A stretch of DNA of 32,000 bases. Source: Methylorubrum extorquens (lineage in GTDB: Bacteria > Pseudomonadota > Alphaproteobacteria > Rhizobiales > Beijerinckiaceae). Location of the stretch: positions 1,110,001 to 1,142,000 of the forward strand of contig LT962688.1 of the NCBI GenBank assembly GCA_900234795.1, in the 5' to 3' direction. Of this stretch, positions 21,035 to 29,403 are shown in pieces. The translations under genes were made by a program, and so were the position numbers. How positions within the stretch are numbered: position 1 is the first letter of the stretch; every line of letters starts with the position of its first letter. The notes under the pieces were generated by a model. The model saw nothing but the letters and a program-made list of their open reading frames with translations, did no database searches and was not told the DNA's origin.

Positions 21035-21868
21035 GTCGTCAAGCCGGCATCGGCCCCCCAAGCGGCATCAGCGTACCACCGGCTGTGCGACTCAATCGCG
21101 ACATCCAGCGGTTACCGCCCTCGTCATGCAATGCAGCCGCCGGTTTCATTGCTCCATCCAGGGACAACCGGGGACGATCCGGCCTCGGTCCGAGGGGGAG
21201 GGGGCCCAGGAGGGCAGGAAGCCGTCCACCGTGCCCGCCGGCGCCCATCCCGAACCGGGACTGCGAACCGTGTTGCGCCATTGAGGGCGTGCGGCCATGG
21301 GGCGTGTTCCCCGGGAGCCGATTCTCGATGCGAGGGTGGCTCCGCCGCGCTCGCTGTTCGGAGGACGGACGTCATGGCGCGATATCGAACCGACGGAGGT
21401 CGCGCTCGAGCGGCCGCCACCGGGATCGTCCGGCTACGACCGCAGACGTGCCCACCCGCACCATGCCGCCGCGAGCGGCACTTTTCTGCACGGCCGAAGG
21501 ATCGGCGCATTGATCCCATCCGGCCGCAGATAAAGACGCACATTCATTGCCGAAAGATCCCGGGCAATTTTGCCTAACCGACTGATCGGCAAGCGTTTTC
21601 GGCAGTGAAATGTTGCAGATCCGGCACATCGGCCTACGATCATGAGAGAAATATAATCCGATCGGCAGATAACAGATCCCGATGGATTGTCGGCGTCGCA
21701 GGTTCCCCGCATGGTCGGGCCGTGACCGAAAGCAGAGTCAGAGCAAAGCAGCGTTGAAGCCCGCAGGTGCTCCTGGAACGGAGTCCATCTCTCTGTATTT
21801 CGTCGCCAAATGATCGCTCGGCGCAGAACTGACGAAAAAGCGCCCGCTCAGGATGGGAGGGATGAACT

Positions 21869-22909
21869 ATGGCTTTGCCAATCACTTTCAATAATACGAC
21901 GTATGCTCCCGGCTTTCTCGGAACCGACGACGGCGGCGCATCCGGAAACTTTCAGGTCGATACCGCCTCGACCTATTCCGTCACAGTATCAGGCACCATC
22001 AACGCTGTCGGCGATCCCGTCACGCTGACCTATGGAGCCGATGCTCCTGCCGGTTTTGCAGGCACGTCCGTTCAGTTGACCTCGACGCAGTTCGACAATT
22101 CGGGCCAGATCCTGTTCGTGAGCAGGGCCATCCCGCCCGGTGAGACGGAGGCCGGCAACTACCGCTACCTCCTCTCGAACACCCAGGTGGTCGGCTCGAA
22201 CCCGCCTCCCGGCTCCACCCGGACCCGCTTCCTCGCCGACGGCAACAACACGGCCGGCGATTACAACGTCCAGGCCGCGCCCTGCTTCACCACGGGCACG
22301 CTCATCCGCACGGCCCGCGGCGAGGTGGCGGTCGAGGATCTGATCGTCGGCGATCTCGCTGTGACGGCCTCCGGCATGCTGCGTCCGATCACCTGGATCG
22401 GCAACCGCGCCCTCGATGCCAAGGGTGAGGCGCTGCCCCACAACGAGCAGCCCGTCCGGATCCGTGCGGGCGCCTTCGGCCCCGGCCTCCCGGCGCGCGA
22501 TCTGCGCCTCTCGCACGGCCATCCGGTGCTCGTCGGCGCCGATGCCAACGGCGAGGGCGGCGTGCTGGTGCCCGTGATGTGCCTGATCAACGGCACCTCC
22601 GTCCTCCGCGAGCCGGCGACGCAGGTGACCTACTGGCATGTCGAGCTGGATGCGCACGACATCCTGCTCGCCGAAGGTCTGGCCGCCGAGAGCTACTACG
22701 ACATGGGCAGCCGCGTTTGGTTCGCCGGCGAGGACGGCATGCTGACCGATCCGGACTTCGTGCCGGCCGGCGAGCACGGCCGCTGCCGCCCTGTGGCGGT
22801 GGACGGCGCCCTGGTGGACGGTGAGCGGCAGCGGCTCGACGGCGTCTTCGCCGCGGAGCTCGATGGGCACAGCGCCTGGGCCGACGCACCGGTGTGGCAC
22901 GCCGCGTAA
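21869..22909 (+). CDS. Hint (Hedgehog/intein-like, bacterial intein-like BIL / Hint_2-type) domain-containing protein
   Basis: aa 139-275: CFTTGTLIRTARGEVAVEDLIVGDLAVT...ITWIG...YWHVELDAHDILLAEGLAAESY. This gives Cys-1 plus an intein block-A-like start and a H.ilaeG...ES end, as in alphaproteobacterial Hint_2/BIL domains. The N-terminal 138 aa match nothing I recognise. SD gggaggga (21855-21862). Confidence 0.8.
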   Translation: MALPITFNNTTYAPGFLGTDDGGASGNFQVDTASTYSVTVSGTINAVGDPVTLTYGADAPAGFAGTSVQLTSTQFDNSGQILFVSRAIPPGETEAGNYRYLLSNTQVVGSNPPPGSTRTRFLADGNNTAGDYNVQAAPCFTTGTLIRTARGEVAVEDLIVGDLAVTASGMLRPITWIGNRALDAKGEALPHNEQPVRIRAGAFGPGLPARDLRLSHGHPVLVGADANGEGGVLVPVMCLINGTSVLREPATQVTYWHVELDAHDILLAEGLAAESYYDMGSRVWFAGEDGMLTDPDFVPAGEHGRCRPVAVDGALVDGERQRLDGVFAAELDGHSAWADAPVWHAA

Positions 22910-22972
22910 CACGGCCCTTCTCGTCACCGACCGCGCGCCTCTGCCGAACCCCGGCAGGGGCGCGTGGCGTTG

Positions 22973-22999
22973 GGCCTGCCCGCGGCCACCGGGCAGGCC
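22973..22999 (+). terminator. GC-rich hairpin downstream of the Hint gene (weak terminator candidate)
   Basis: ggcctgccc (22973-22981) / gggcaggcc (22991-22999) form a perfect 9-bp stem with a 9-nt loop. There is no T-tract. Confidence 0.25.
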
Positions 23000-23072
23000 G
23001 GATGCGATCCGGGGCGGATGCCCTGGCGCCGCGGTGCCTATATGAAGGCCATCCCTCGTACGGAGATGGCTC

Positions 23073-24506
23073 ATGGACCTCGACGTTTCGCTTCACATCG
23101 CCGGCCGCTGGCGCCCCGGTGGCGGCGGCGAGACCCTGGCCGTTCTCAACCCGGCCACGGGCGAGGCGATCGGCCGGGTCGCGGTGGCGACGCGGGCCGA
23201 TCTCGACGAGGCGCTGGAGGCGGTCGAGCGGGGCTTTGCCGCGTGGCGGCGGGTCTCTGCCTTCGACCGGTCCAAGGTGCTGCGCCGGGCCGCCGCGCTG
23301 ATGCGCGAGCGCGCGGAGGACATCGCCCGCACCATGACCGTCGAGCAGGGCAAGCCGCTCGCCGAATCACGGGTCGAGACCGGGGTGGCGGCCGATATCA
23401 TCGAGTGGTTCGCCGAAGAGGGCCGGCGCGCCTACGGCCGGGTCATCCCCGCCCGCGCAGAGGGTGTGCTGCAGATCGTCACTCGCGAGCCGGTCGGGCC
23501 GGTGGCGGCCTTCACGCCCTGGAACTTCCCGATCAATCAGGCGGTGCGCAAGCTCTCGGCGGCGCTCTGCACCGGATGTCCCGTCATACTGAAGGGCCCC
23601 GAGGACACGCCGGCCTCCTGCGCCGAACTGGTGCGCGCCTTCCTCGATGCGGGCGTGCCCGGCGACGCGCTCGCCCTGGTCTACGGCGATCCGGCCGAGA
23701 TTTCCGGCTACCTCATCCCGCATCCGGTGATCCGCAAGATTACCTTCACCGGCTCGACGGCCGTCGGAAAGCAGCTCGCGGCGCTCGCGGGCCAGCACAT
23801 GAAGCGGGCGACGATGGAACTCGGCGGCCATGCCCCGGCGATCGTGTTCGATGATGCCGACATCGACACCGCCGTGCGGGTGCTGTCCGCCAATAAGTAC
23901 CGCAACGCCGGACAGGTCTGCGTCGCCCCGACCCGCTTCCTCGTGCAGGAGAGCGTGTACGACCGCTTCATCGACGGGTTCGTGGCCGCCTCGAAGGCGC
24001 TCAAGGTCGGCGACGGCCTCGATCCCGAAACGCAGATGGGCCCGCTCGTTCACGGCCGCCGGGTCGAGGCGATGGAGGCCTTCGTGGCCGATGCCGAGGC
24101 AAAGGGCGCGCGCCTCCTCACCGGCGGCAGCCGCATCGGCAATCGCGGCCACTTCTTCGAACCGACCGTCTTCGCCGACGTGCCGTTGGAGGCCCGGATC
24201 ATGAACGAGGAGCCGTTCGGGCCGATCGCGGCGATCCGGCGCTTTTCTGACGACGCGGAGGCGCTCACCGAGGCCAACCGTCTGCCCTACGGGCTCGCGG
24301 CCTACGCCTATACTCGCTCCGGCACCCGGGCGAACCGGTTCGGGTCGGGGATCGAGGCTGGCATGATCTCGATCAACCACCACGGCATCGCGCTGCCCGA
24401 GACGCCCTTCGGCGGCGTGAAGGATTCCGGCTACGGCAGCGAGGGCGGCTCGGAGGCGATCGAGGCCTATCTGACGACGAAATTCGTGACGCAGGCCAAC
24501 GCCTGA
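23073..24506 (+). CDS. NAD(P)-dependent aldehyde dehydrogenase, succinate-semialdehyde dehydrogenase-like
   Basis: [11 protein letters not shown]...[10 protein letters not shown]...[14 protein letters not shown]...[14 protein letters not shown]...ITFTGST.VGK...[19 protein letters not shown]...[12 protein letters not shown]...EEPFGP are ALDH catalytic Glu/Cys motifs in a GabD-like arrangement. SD ggag at 23062-23065. Confidence 0.85.
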   Translation: MDLDVSLHIAGRWRPGGGGETLAVLNPATGEAIGRVAVATRADLDEALEAVERGFAAWRRVSAFDRSKVLRRAAALMRERAEDIARTMTVEQGKPLAESRVETGVAADIIEWFAEEGRRAYGRVIPARAEGVLQIVTREPVGPVAAFTPWNFPINQAVRKLSAALCTGCPVILKGPEDTPASCAELVRAFLDAGVPGDALALVYGDPAEISGYLIPHPVIRKITFTGSTAVGKQLAALAGQHMKRATMELGGHAPAIVFDDADIDTAVRVLSANKYRNAGQVCVAPTRFLVQESVYDRFIDGFVAASKALKVGDGLDPETQMGPLVHGRRVEAMEAFVADAEAKGARLLTGGSRIGNRGHFFEPTVFADVPLEARIMNEEPFGPIAAIRRFSDDAEALTEANRLPYGLAAYAYTRSGTRANRFGSGIEAGMISINHHGIALPETPFGGVKDSGYGSEGGSEAIEAYLTTKFVTQANA

Positions 24507-24563
24507 CCCGCTCGGGGTGCACTGTCGCTCGCCACCCCGACCGCCACGTCACCGGTCAAGCGT

Positions 24564-24633
24564 GTCTCGAAGAACGCCCGGTTACCACTGTCTTTCCTCC
24601 CGGCGAGGCAGCGCAGCGGGCGTTCTCAGAGAC
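24564..24633. repeat. long-range imperfect inverted repeat upstream of phaZ
   Basis: gtctcgaagaacgcccg (24564-24580) and cgggcgttctcagagac (24617-24633) are complementary at 15/17 positions, separated by 36 nt. Confidence 0.45.
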
Positions 24634-24805
24634 AGGCGGCCTCCGCCGAGCCGATGCGGCGCCCTTTTCGAGAGAGCGGGACTGCTCTGATCCACAACCC
24701 AACTAGAGCAAACGAAACTTTCCTTGGGGTTCGGAGTTTTAACCCTCACGAACTCAAGAAAAGGACAGCTTGATTCAAGCGAGCTGCTCCCAGGGAAGCG
24801 CTCGC

Positions 24806-26170
24806 ATGCTGTATCCTCTCTACGAGGCCGGCCATCTTATGCTCGCACCGATGCGCTTGGCAGCGGAAGCCACCAAGCTTGCCTGCGAAAACCCGTTCAA
24901 TCCCTTCGCCTACGCCCCGCAGAGCCGCACCATGGCTGCGGGCTGCGAGATGTTCGAGCGCGCCACCCGCGTCTACGCCAAGCCGACCTTCGGGCTCGAC
25001 GTGCCGGAAAGGGTGGTCTGGGAGCGCCCCTTCTGCCGCGTCGTCGCCTTCGGCGAGCCCTCCGCGGAACTGGAGGCCAAGCCAAAACTGCTGATCGTCG
25101 CGCCGATGTCGGGCCACTACGCCACGCTGCTGCGCGGCACGGTCGAGGCGTTCCTGCCCAGCCATCAGGTCTTCATCACCGATTGGTCCGACGCGCGTCA
25201 GGTGCCGGCGAGCGCTGGCCGGTTCGGCCTCGACGATTACATCGATACCTGCATCGCCCTGTTCGAAGCGCTCGGGCCGGATCTCCACGTCGCGGCGGTC
25301 TGTCAGCCCTCGGTGCCGGTGCTTGCCGCAATCGCCCGCATGGAAGCGGAGGATCACCCGCTCGTGCCGCGCTCGGCCGTGTTGATGGGCGGTCCCGTCG
25401 ATACCCGCCGCTCGCCGACCGCCGTCAACCTCATGGCCGAGGAGAGGGGCTTTGCGTGGTTCGAGCGGCACTGCATCCACAGGGTGCCGGGCGGATATCC
25501 GGGAGCGGGCCGCGCGGTCTATCCGGGCTTCCTTCAGCTCGCCGGCTTCATGGGGATGAACCTCGAGCGCCACCGGGACGCCCACCACGCGATGTTCGAC
25601 CATCTCGTGCGCGGCGACGGCGACTCGGCCGCCCGCCATCGTGCCTTCTACGACGAGTATCTCGCAGTCATGGACCTGACTGCCGAGTTCTACCTCGAGA
25701 CGATCGAGCGGGTCTTCATCAGCCACGACCTGCCCCGCGGCACCCTGCGTCATCGCGGCGAACGCGTCGATCTCGGCGCGATCCGCCGCTGCCACCTGAT
25801 GGCGGTGGAGGGCGAGAAGGACGACATCACCGGCCTGGGCCAGACCAAGGCCGCGCTCGATCTCGCGGTGAACCTGCCCGAGGCGGCCAAGACCTACCAC
25901 ATGCAGCCGGGCGCCGGGCATTACGGCATCTTCAACGGCTCGCGCTTCCGCCAGGATATCGTGCCGTTGGTCTGCAGCTTCATGGAACGCAGCCTGCGGC
26001 CGGCTGCGCCGCGCCCGGCCCCGGTGGTGCCGGCACCGGAGTCGCACCCGATTATCCTGCGCCACGGCCCCATCATGCAGCCTCCGCGCGCCACGCCCGC
26101 CCGCGCCATCGTGTGGCCCGAGCCTCTGGTCGATCGACCGGGAGCGATCCCGCAGCGGATCGCCCTGTAA
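24806..26170 (+). CDS. phaZ: intracellular poly(3-hydroxybutyrate) depolymerase
   Basis: MLYPLYEAGHLMLAPMRLAAEATK...KPKLLIVAPMSGHYATLLRGTVEAFLP.H.V.ITDW.DAR.VP...G.F.LDDYID...AVCQPSVPVLAA...PGF.QL.GFM.MN..RH matches PhaZ1-type intracellular PHB depolymerases (PHB_depo_C). ATG at 24806. Confidence 0.85.
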   Translation: MLYPLYEAGHLMLAPMRLAAEATKLACENPFNPFAYAPQSRTMAAGCEMFERATRVYAKPTFGLDVPERVVWERPFCRVVAFGEPSAELEAKPKLLIVAPMSGHYATLLRGTVEAFLPSHQVFITDWSDARQVPASAGRFGLDDYIDTCIALFEALGPDLHVAAVCQPSVPVLAAIARMEAEDHPLVPRSAVLMGGPVDTRRSPTAVNLMAEERGFAWFERHCIHRVPGGYPGAGRAVYPGFLQLAGFMGMNLERHRDAHHAMFDHLVRGDGDSAARHRAFYDEYLAVMDLTAEFYLETIERVFISHDLPRGTLRHRGERVDLGAIRRCHLMAVEGEKDDITGLGQTKAALDLAVNLPEAAKTYHMQPGAGHYGIFNGSRFRQDIVPLVCSFMERSLRPAAPRPAPVVPAPESHPIILRHGPIMQPPRATPARAIVWPEPLVDRPGAIPQRIAL

Positions 26171-26206
26171 CCGCCGCTCCCGACCGTTCTCCACCATCCG
26201 CCCATC

Positions 26207-26238
26207 GAAGCGGCCGCCGATCCCCTCGGCGGCCGCTT
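26207..26238 (+). terminator. rho-independent-like terminator after phaZ
   Basis: Perfect 13-bp stem aagcggccgccga (26207-26219) / tcggcggccgctt (26225-26237), loop tcccc, with a short T tail. Confidence 0.6.
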
Positions 26239-26312
26239 TGCCGTGGAAGGGGACGCTGCGACCCCACCGCGTTTGACCCGTCCCCGCGGTGGAATTATGC
26301 ATTCAAAAAGCC

Positions 26313-29300
26313 ATGCGCCCGTACAGGCTGCGGCGCTGGGAGGGGAGGTTCCACTTGGGCGCGAGCGCGAAACCGGGCGAGTCAGCGTTCGAGGCACCGG
26401 CCTCCAGCGCGCGGGCGAAGGCCCGCAACGCGGCCGGATTGCCGCGCAAGCTCGCGGAGGTGCTGCAGGGCGAGGCCCGCTTCGACGCCTTCACCCGCGG
26501 ACGCTACGCGACCGACGCCTCGATCTACCAGATCATGCCGGCGGGAGTGGTCTTCCCGAAAAGTGCCGCCGACATCGCCGCGACGCTGAAGGTCGCGGCC
26601 GACTACGACGTCCCCGTGATCCTGCGCGGTGGCGGCACCTCGCAGAACGGCCAGCCGATCGGCTCCGGCCTCGTGGTCGATTGCTCGCGCCACTTCAACG
26701 GCGTGCTCGCCTACGACGCGGAAGCGGGCACGGTCACTGTCGAGCCCGGCCACGTGCTGGAGCGCCTCAACGCGCGGCTCAAGGCCGACGGCTGGTTCTT
26801 CCCCGTCGAGCCCTCGACCGCGACCCGCTGCACCATCGGCGGCATGGCCGGCAACAATTCCTGCGGCGCCCGCTCGCTGCGCTACGGCAAGATGAGCGAC
26901 AACGTGCTCAGCATCGAGGCGCTGTTCCACGACGGCGCCGCCTTCGGCTTCGGGCTCACCGGCAATGCTGCGAGCGCCGTCACCGGCGGCGCGCGGGCGG
27001 AAGACCTCGCCCGACGCATGCTCGCTCTGGCGGATGCCCACCGCGACGAAATCGAGACGATGTACCCCAAGGTGCAGCGGCGGGTCGGCGGCTACAACCT
27101 CGATTCCCTGATCGAACCGCGCCCGAACCTCGCCCACCTCCTCGTCGGCTCGGAGGGGACGCTCGCCGCCACCACCGCGGTGACGCTCAAGCTCTCGCGT
27201 CTGCCGGCCCACCGGGCCATGGGCGTGTGTCACTTCCCCTCGTTCCGCGCGGCGATGGAGACGACGAAGGCGATCGTCGCCCTCGACCCCGTGGCGGTCG
27301 AACTCGTCGACAACAACGTGCTCGTGCTCGGCGCCGACATCCCGCTGTTCCGCACGACCCTGGCCGACATCACGCGGGGCCAGCCGAACTGCCTGCTGCT
27401 GGCCGAGTTCGCGGGCGACGACCTCGCCGCGCTGAAGCGCGACCTCAAGCGTCTCGACCAATGCATGGCCGATCACGGCTTTCCCGACGCGGTCGTCGAG
27501 GTGGTGGAGCCGAACCGCCAGAAGGCGGTCTGGGAGGTGCGCGAGGCCTGCCTCAACATCATGATGTCGATGAAGGGCGACGCCAAACCCGTCTCCTTCA
27601 TCGAGGATTGCGCCGTCCCCCTGGAGCATCTGGCCGACTACACCGACGCGGTCACCGAGGTGTTCACGCGGCACGGCACCCGCGGCACGTGGTACGCCCA
27701 CGCCTCTGTCGGCTGCCTGCATGTGCGCCCGATCCTCGACATGAAGCAGGGCGGCGACGTCAAAAAGATGCGCGCCATCGCCGAGGAGACGGCGGAGCTG
27801 GTGCGCCGCCACAAGGGCTCCTATTCGGGCGAGCACGGCGACGGCATCTCACGCTCGGAGTTCGTGGAGCCGCTGTTCGGCGCGAAGCTTACCCGCGCCT
27901 TCGAGACGGTGAAGGACGGCTTCGATCCCGACAACCGCCTGAACCCGAACAAGATCGTCCGCCCGCTCAAGATGGACGACCGCACGCTGATGCGCTTCGG
28001 CCCCGACTACGCGGTGAGCGCCCCGCAGAAGACGGCGCTGGACTGGTCGGACTGGGGCGGGTTCGGCCCGGCGGTCGAGATGTGCAACAACAACGGCACC
28101 TGCCGGAAGCTCGCCGGCGGCGCGATGTGCCCCTCCTACCGCGCTACCCGCGACGAGCAGCACCTGACCCGCGGACGCGCCAACTCGCTGCGCCTCGCGA
28201 TCTCGGGCCAGCTCGGGCCGGACGCGTTCCTGTCGCCCGAGATGAAGCGCACGATGGACCTGTGCGTGTCGTGCAAGGCCTGCCGCCGGGAATGCCCGAC
28301 CGGCGTCGACATGGCCAAGATGAAGGTCGAGTTCCTGCACCACTACCACGCCCGGCACGGCCTGCCGCTGAAGGAGCGGCTGGTCGCCGAGATGCCGCGC
28401 TATGCCGGCGTCGCCGCAGCCCTCGCGCCGCTGCTCAACCTGCGCAACCGTTACCCGGCGCTCGCCCGGTTCGGTGAGGCATGGACCGGCTTCTCCGCCC
28501 GTCGCTCGCTGCCGCAATGGCGCCGGCCCTGGCGGGAGAGCGGCGAGGTTGCCCATCCCGAGGACGTGGCGGGTGACCACCGCGACCTCGTCCTGTTCGG
28601 CGACACCTTCAACCGCGCCTTCGAGCGCGAGAATCTGGAAGCCGCCGAGCGGGTGCTGCGGGCGGCCGGCTACCGCCTGCACCGCGTCGTCGCCCATGAG
28701 GGCCGCCGCCCGCTCTGCTGCGGCCGCACCTATCTCGCCTCCGGCCAGACCGACCGGGCGCGCGAGGAGGCTCGGCGCACGCTCGACACGCTCCTGCCCT
28801 TCGTGCGGGCCGGCGCCCGCGTGGTCGGCCTGGAGCCGTCCTGCCTCCTCACTTTCCGCGACGAGTTTCTGTCGTTGCTGCCGCGCGAGGAGGCGGGCGC
28901 GTTGGCCCAGAGCGCCCTGCTGTTCGAGGAACTGCTCGCCGCCGACCTCGCCGCCGGTCGCATCAGCCTCCCGCTCGCCGACCAGGGCGGCCGGGTCGCC
29001 CACCTGCACGGCCATTGCCACCAGAAGTCGTTCGGAGTGATGGGCTCTGTGGAGACGGTGCTGCGCACCGTGCCGGGGCTCGACGTGCGGGTCATCGAAT
29101 CGAGCTGCTGCGGCATGGCCGGCGCCTTCGGCTACGGCAAGGATACGATCGACGTCTCCTTCGCCATGGCCGAGCTGTCGCTGTTCCCGGCTTTGCGGAA
29201 GGCGTCCGCCGACGATCTCGTGGTCGCCGACGGCACGAGCTGCCGCCACCAGATCCACGACGGTCTCGGCCGCGACGCGATCCACGTCGCCCGCGTGCTC

Positions 29301-29327
29301 GATGCGGCCCTGACGCCGGGGCGCTGA
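26313..29327 (+). CDS. FAD-binding and (Fe-S)-binding oxidoreductase, YdiJ type (GlcD-like FAD oxidase fused to GlcF-like 4Fe-4S/CCG domains)
   Basis: FAD_binding_4 (VVFPKSAADIAATLKVAADYDVPVILRGGGTSQNGQ). FAD-oxidase C domain (GEHGDGISRSEF). Two ferredoxin-type Cys clusters (CNNNGTCRKLAGGAMCP; CVSCKACRRECP). Two CCG motifs (PLCCGRT; SSCCGMAG). The start is uncertain; the ATG at 26313 was chosen. Confidence 0.85.
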   Translation: MRPYRLRRWEGRFHLGASAKPGESAFEAPASSARAKARNAAGLPRKLAEVLQGEARFDAFTRGRYATDASIYQIMPAGVVFPKSAADIAATLKVAADYDVPVILRGGGTSQNGQPIGSGLVVDCSRHFNGVLAYDAEAGTVTVEPGHVLERLNARLKADGWFFPVEPSTATRCTIGGMAGNNSCGARSLRYGKMSDNVLSIEALFHDGAAFGFGLTGNAASAVTGGARAEDLARRMLALADAHRDEIETMYPKVQRRVGGYNLDSLIEPRPNLAHLLVGSEGTLAATTAVTLKLSRLPAHRAMGVCHFPSFRAAMETTKAIVALDPVAVELVDNNVLVLGADIPLFRTTLADITRGQPNCLLLAEFAGDDLAALKRDLKRLDQCMADHGFPDAVVEVVEPNRQKAVWEVREACLNIMMSMKGDAKPVSFIEDCAVPLEHLADYTDAVTEVFTRHGTRGTWYAHASVGCLHVRPILDMKQGGDVKKMRAIAEETAELVRRHKGSYSGEHGDGISRSEFVEPLFGAKLTRAFETVKDGFDPDNRLNPNKIVRPLKMDDRTLMRFGPDYAVSAPQKTALDWSDWGGFGPAVEMCNNNGTCRKLAGGAMCPSYRATRDEQHLTRGRANSLRLAISGQLGPDAFLSPEMKRTMDLCVSCKACRRECPTGVDMAKMKVEFLHHYHARHGLPLKERLVAEMPRYAGVAAALAPLLNLRNRYPALARFGEAWTGFSARRSLPQWRRPWRESGEVAHPEDVAGDHRDLVLFGDTFNRAFERENLEAAERVLRAAGYRLHRVVAHEGRRPLCCGRTYLASGQTDRAREEARRTLDTLLPFVRAGARVVGLEPSCLLTFRDEFLSLLPREEAGALAQSALLFEELLAADLAAGRISLPLADQGGRVAHLHGHCHQKSFGVMGSVETVLRTVPGLDVRVIESSCCGMAGAFGYGKDTIDVSFAMAELSLFPALRKASADDLVVADGTSCRHQIHDGLGRDAIHVARVLDAALTPGR

Positions 29328-29349
29328 GCGCGGCTCTGCAACGGCGGGC

Positions 29350-29374
29350 GGAACACCCGCCGGCTGCCCCCGTT
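29350..29374 (+). promoter_or_regulatory. EcfG-type general-stress promoter (GGAAC-N16-CGTT) upstream of the SDR gene
   Basis: GGAAC at 29350-29354, exactly 16 nt of spacer, then CGTT at 29371-29374. This lies 30 nt upstream of the ATG at 29404, and SD aggag at 29394-29398 follows. Confidence 0.55.
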
Positions 29375-29403
29375 GACGCGGCAATCCCTCAAAAGGAGCC
29401 GTG

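Noticed and set aside
21690-21800. GAAA- and GCAAAGC-containing stretch in the Hint leader as a c-di-GMP (GEMM-I) or other riboswitch.
   Set aside because: Only fragmentary resemblance was seen: ccgaaagc and gcaaagca. The conserved GGCAAACC and GGGACGCAAAGCC cores are absent. An Infernal scan would be needed before any claim.
21775-21804. GGAAC at 21775-21779 upstream of the Hint gene as an ECF-type promoter.
   Set aside because: At the N16-17 spacing the -10 reads TATT/ATTT rather than CGTT, and the nearest CGTC is 21 nt away. It fits only the loosest GGAAC-N18-TT pattern.
22910-23072. Possibility that the Hint protein is a polymorphic toxin with a downstream immunity gene.
   Set aside because: The post-Hint tail is only about 70 aa with no recognisable toxin fold. 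The 163-bp downstream gap holds no plausible ORF; the only one, 22821-23045, is a Pro/Arg/Gly shadow peptide overlapping the Hint gene end.
17757-23072. Search for an attR-like direct repeat of the tRNA-Leu 3' end, or any integrase or transposase, to define a bona fide integrated element.
   Set aside because: I could not spot a repeat of ggttcgagtcctcttggccgcacca or a long sub-string of it downstream. No recombinase-like ORF exists, so mobile_element is not called.
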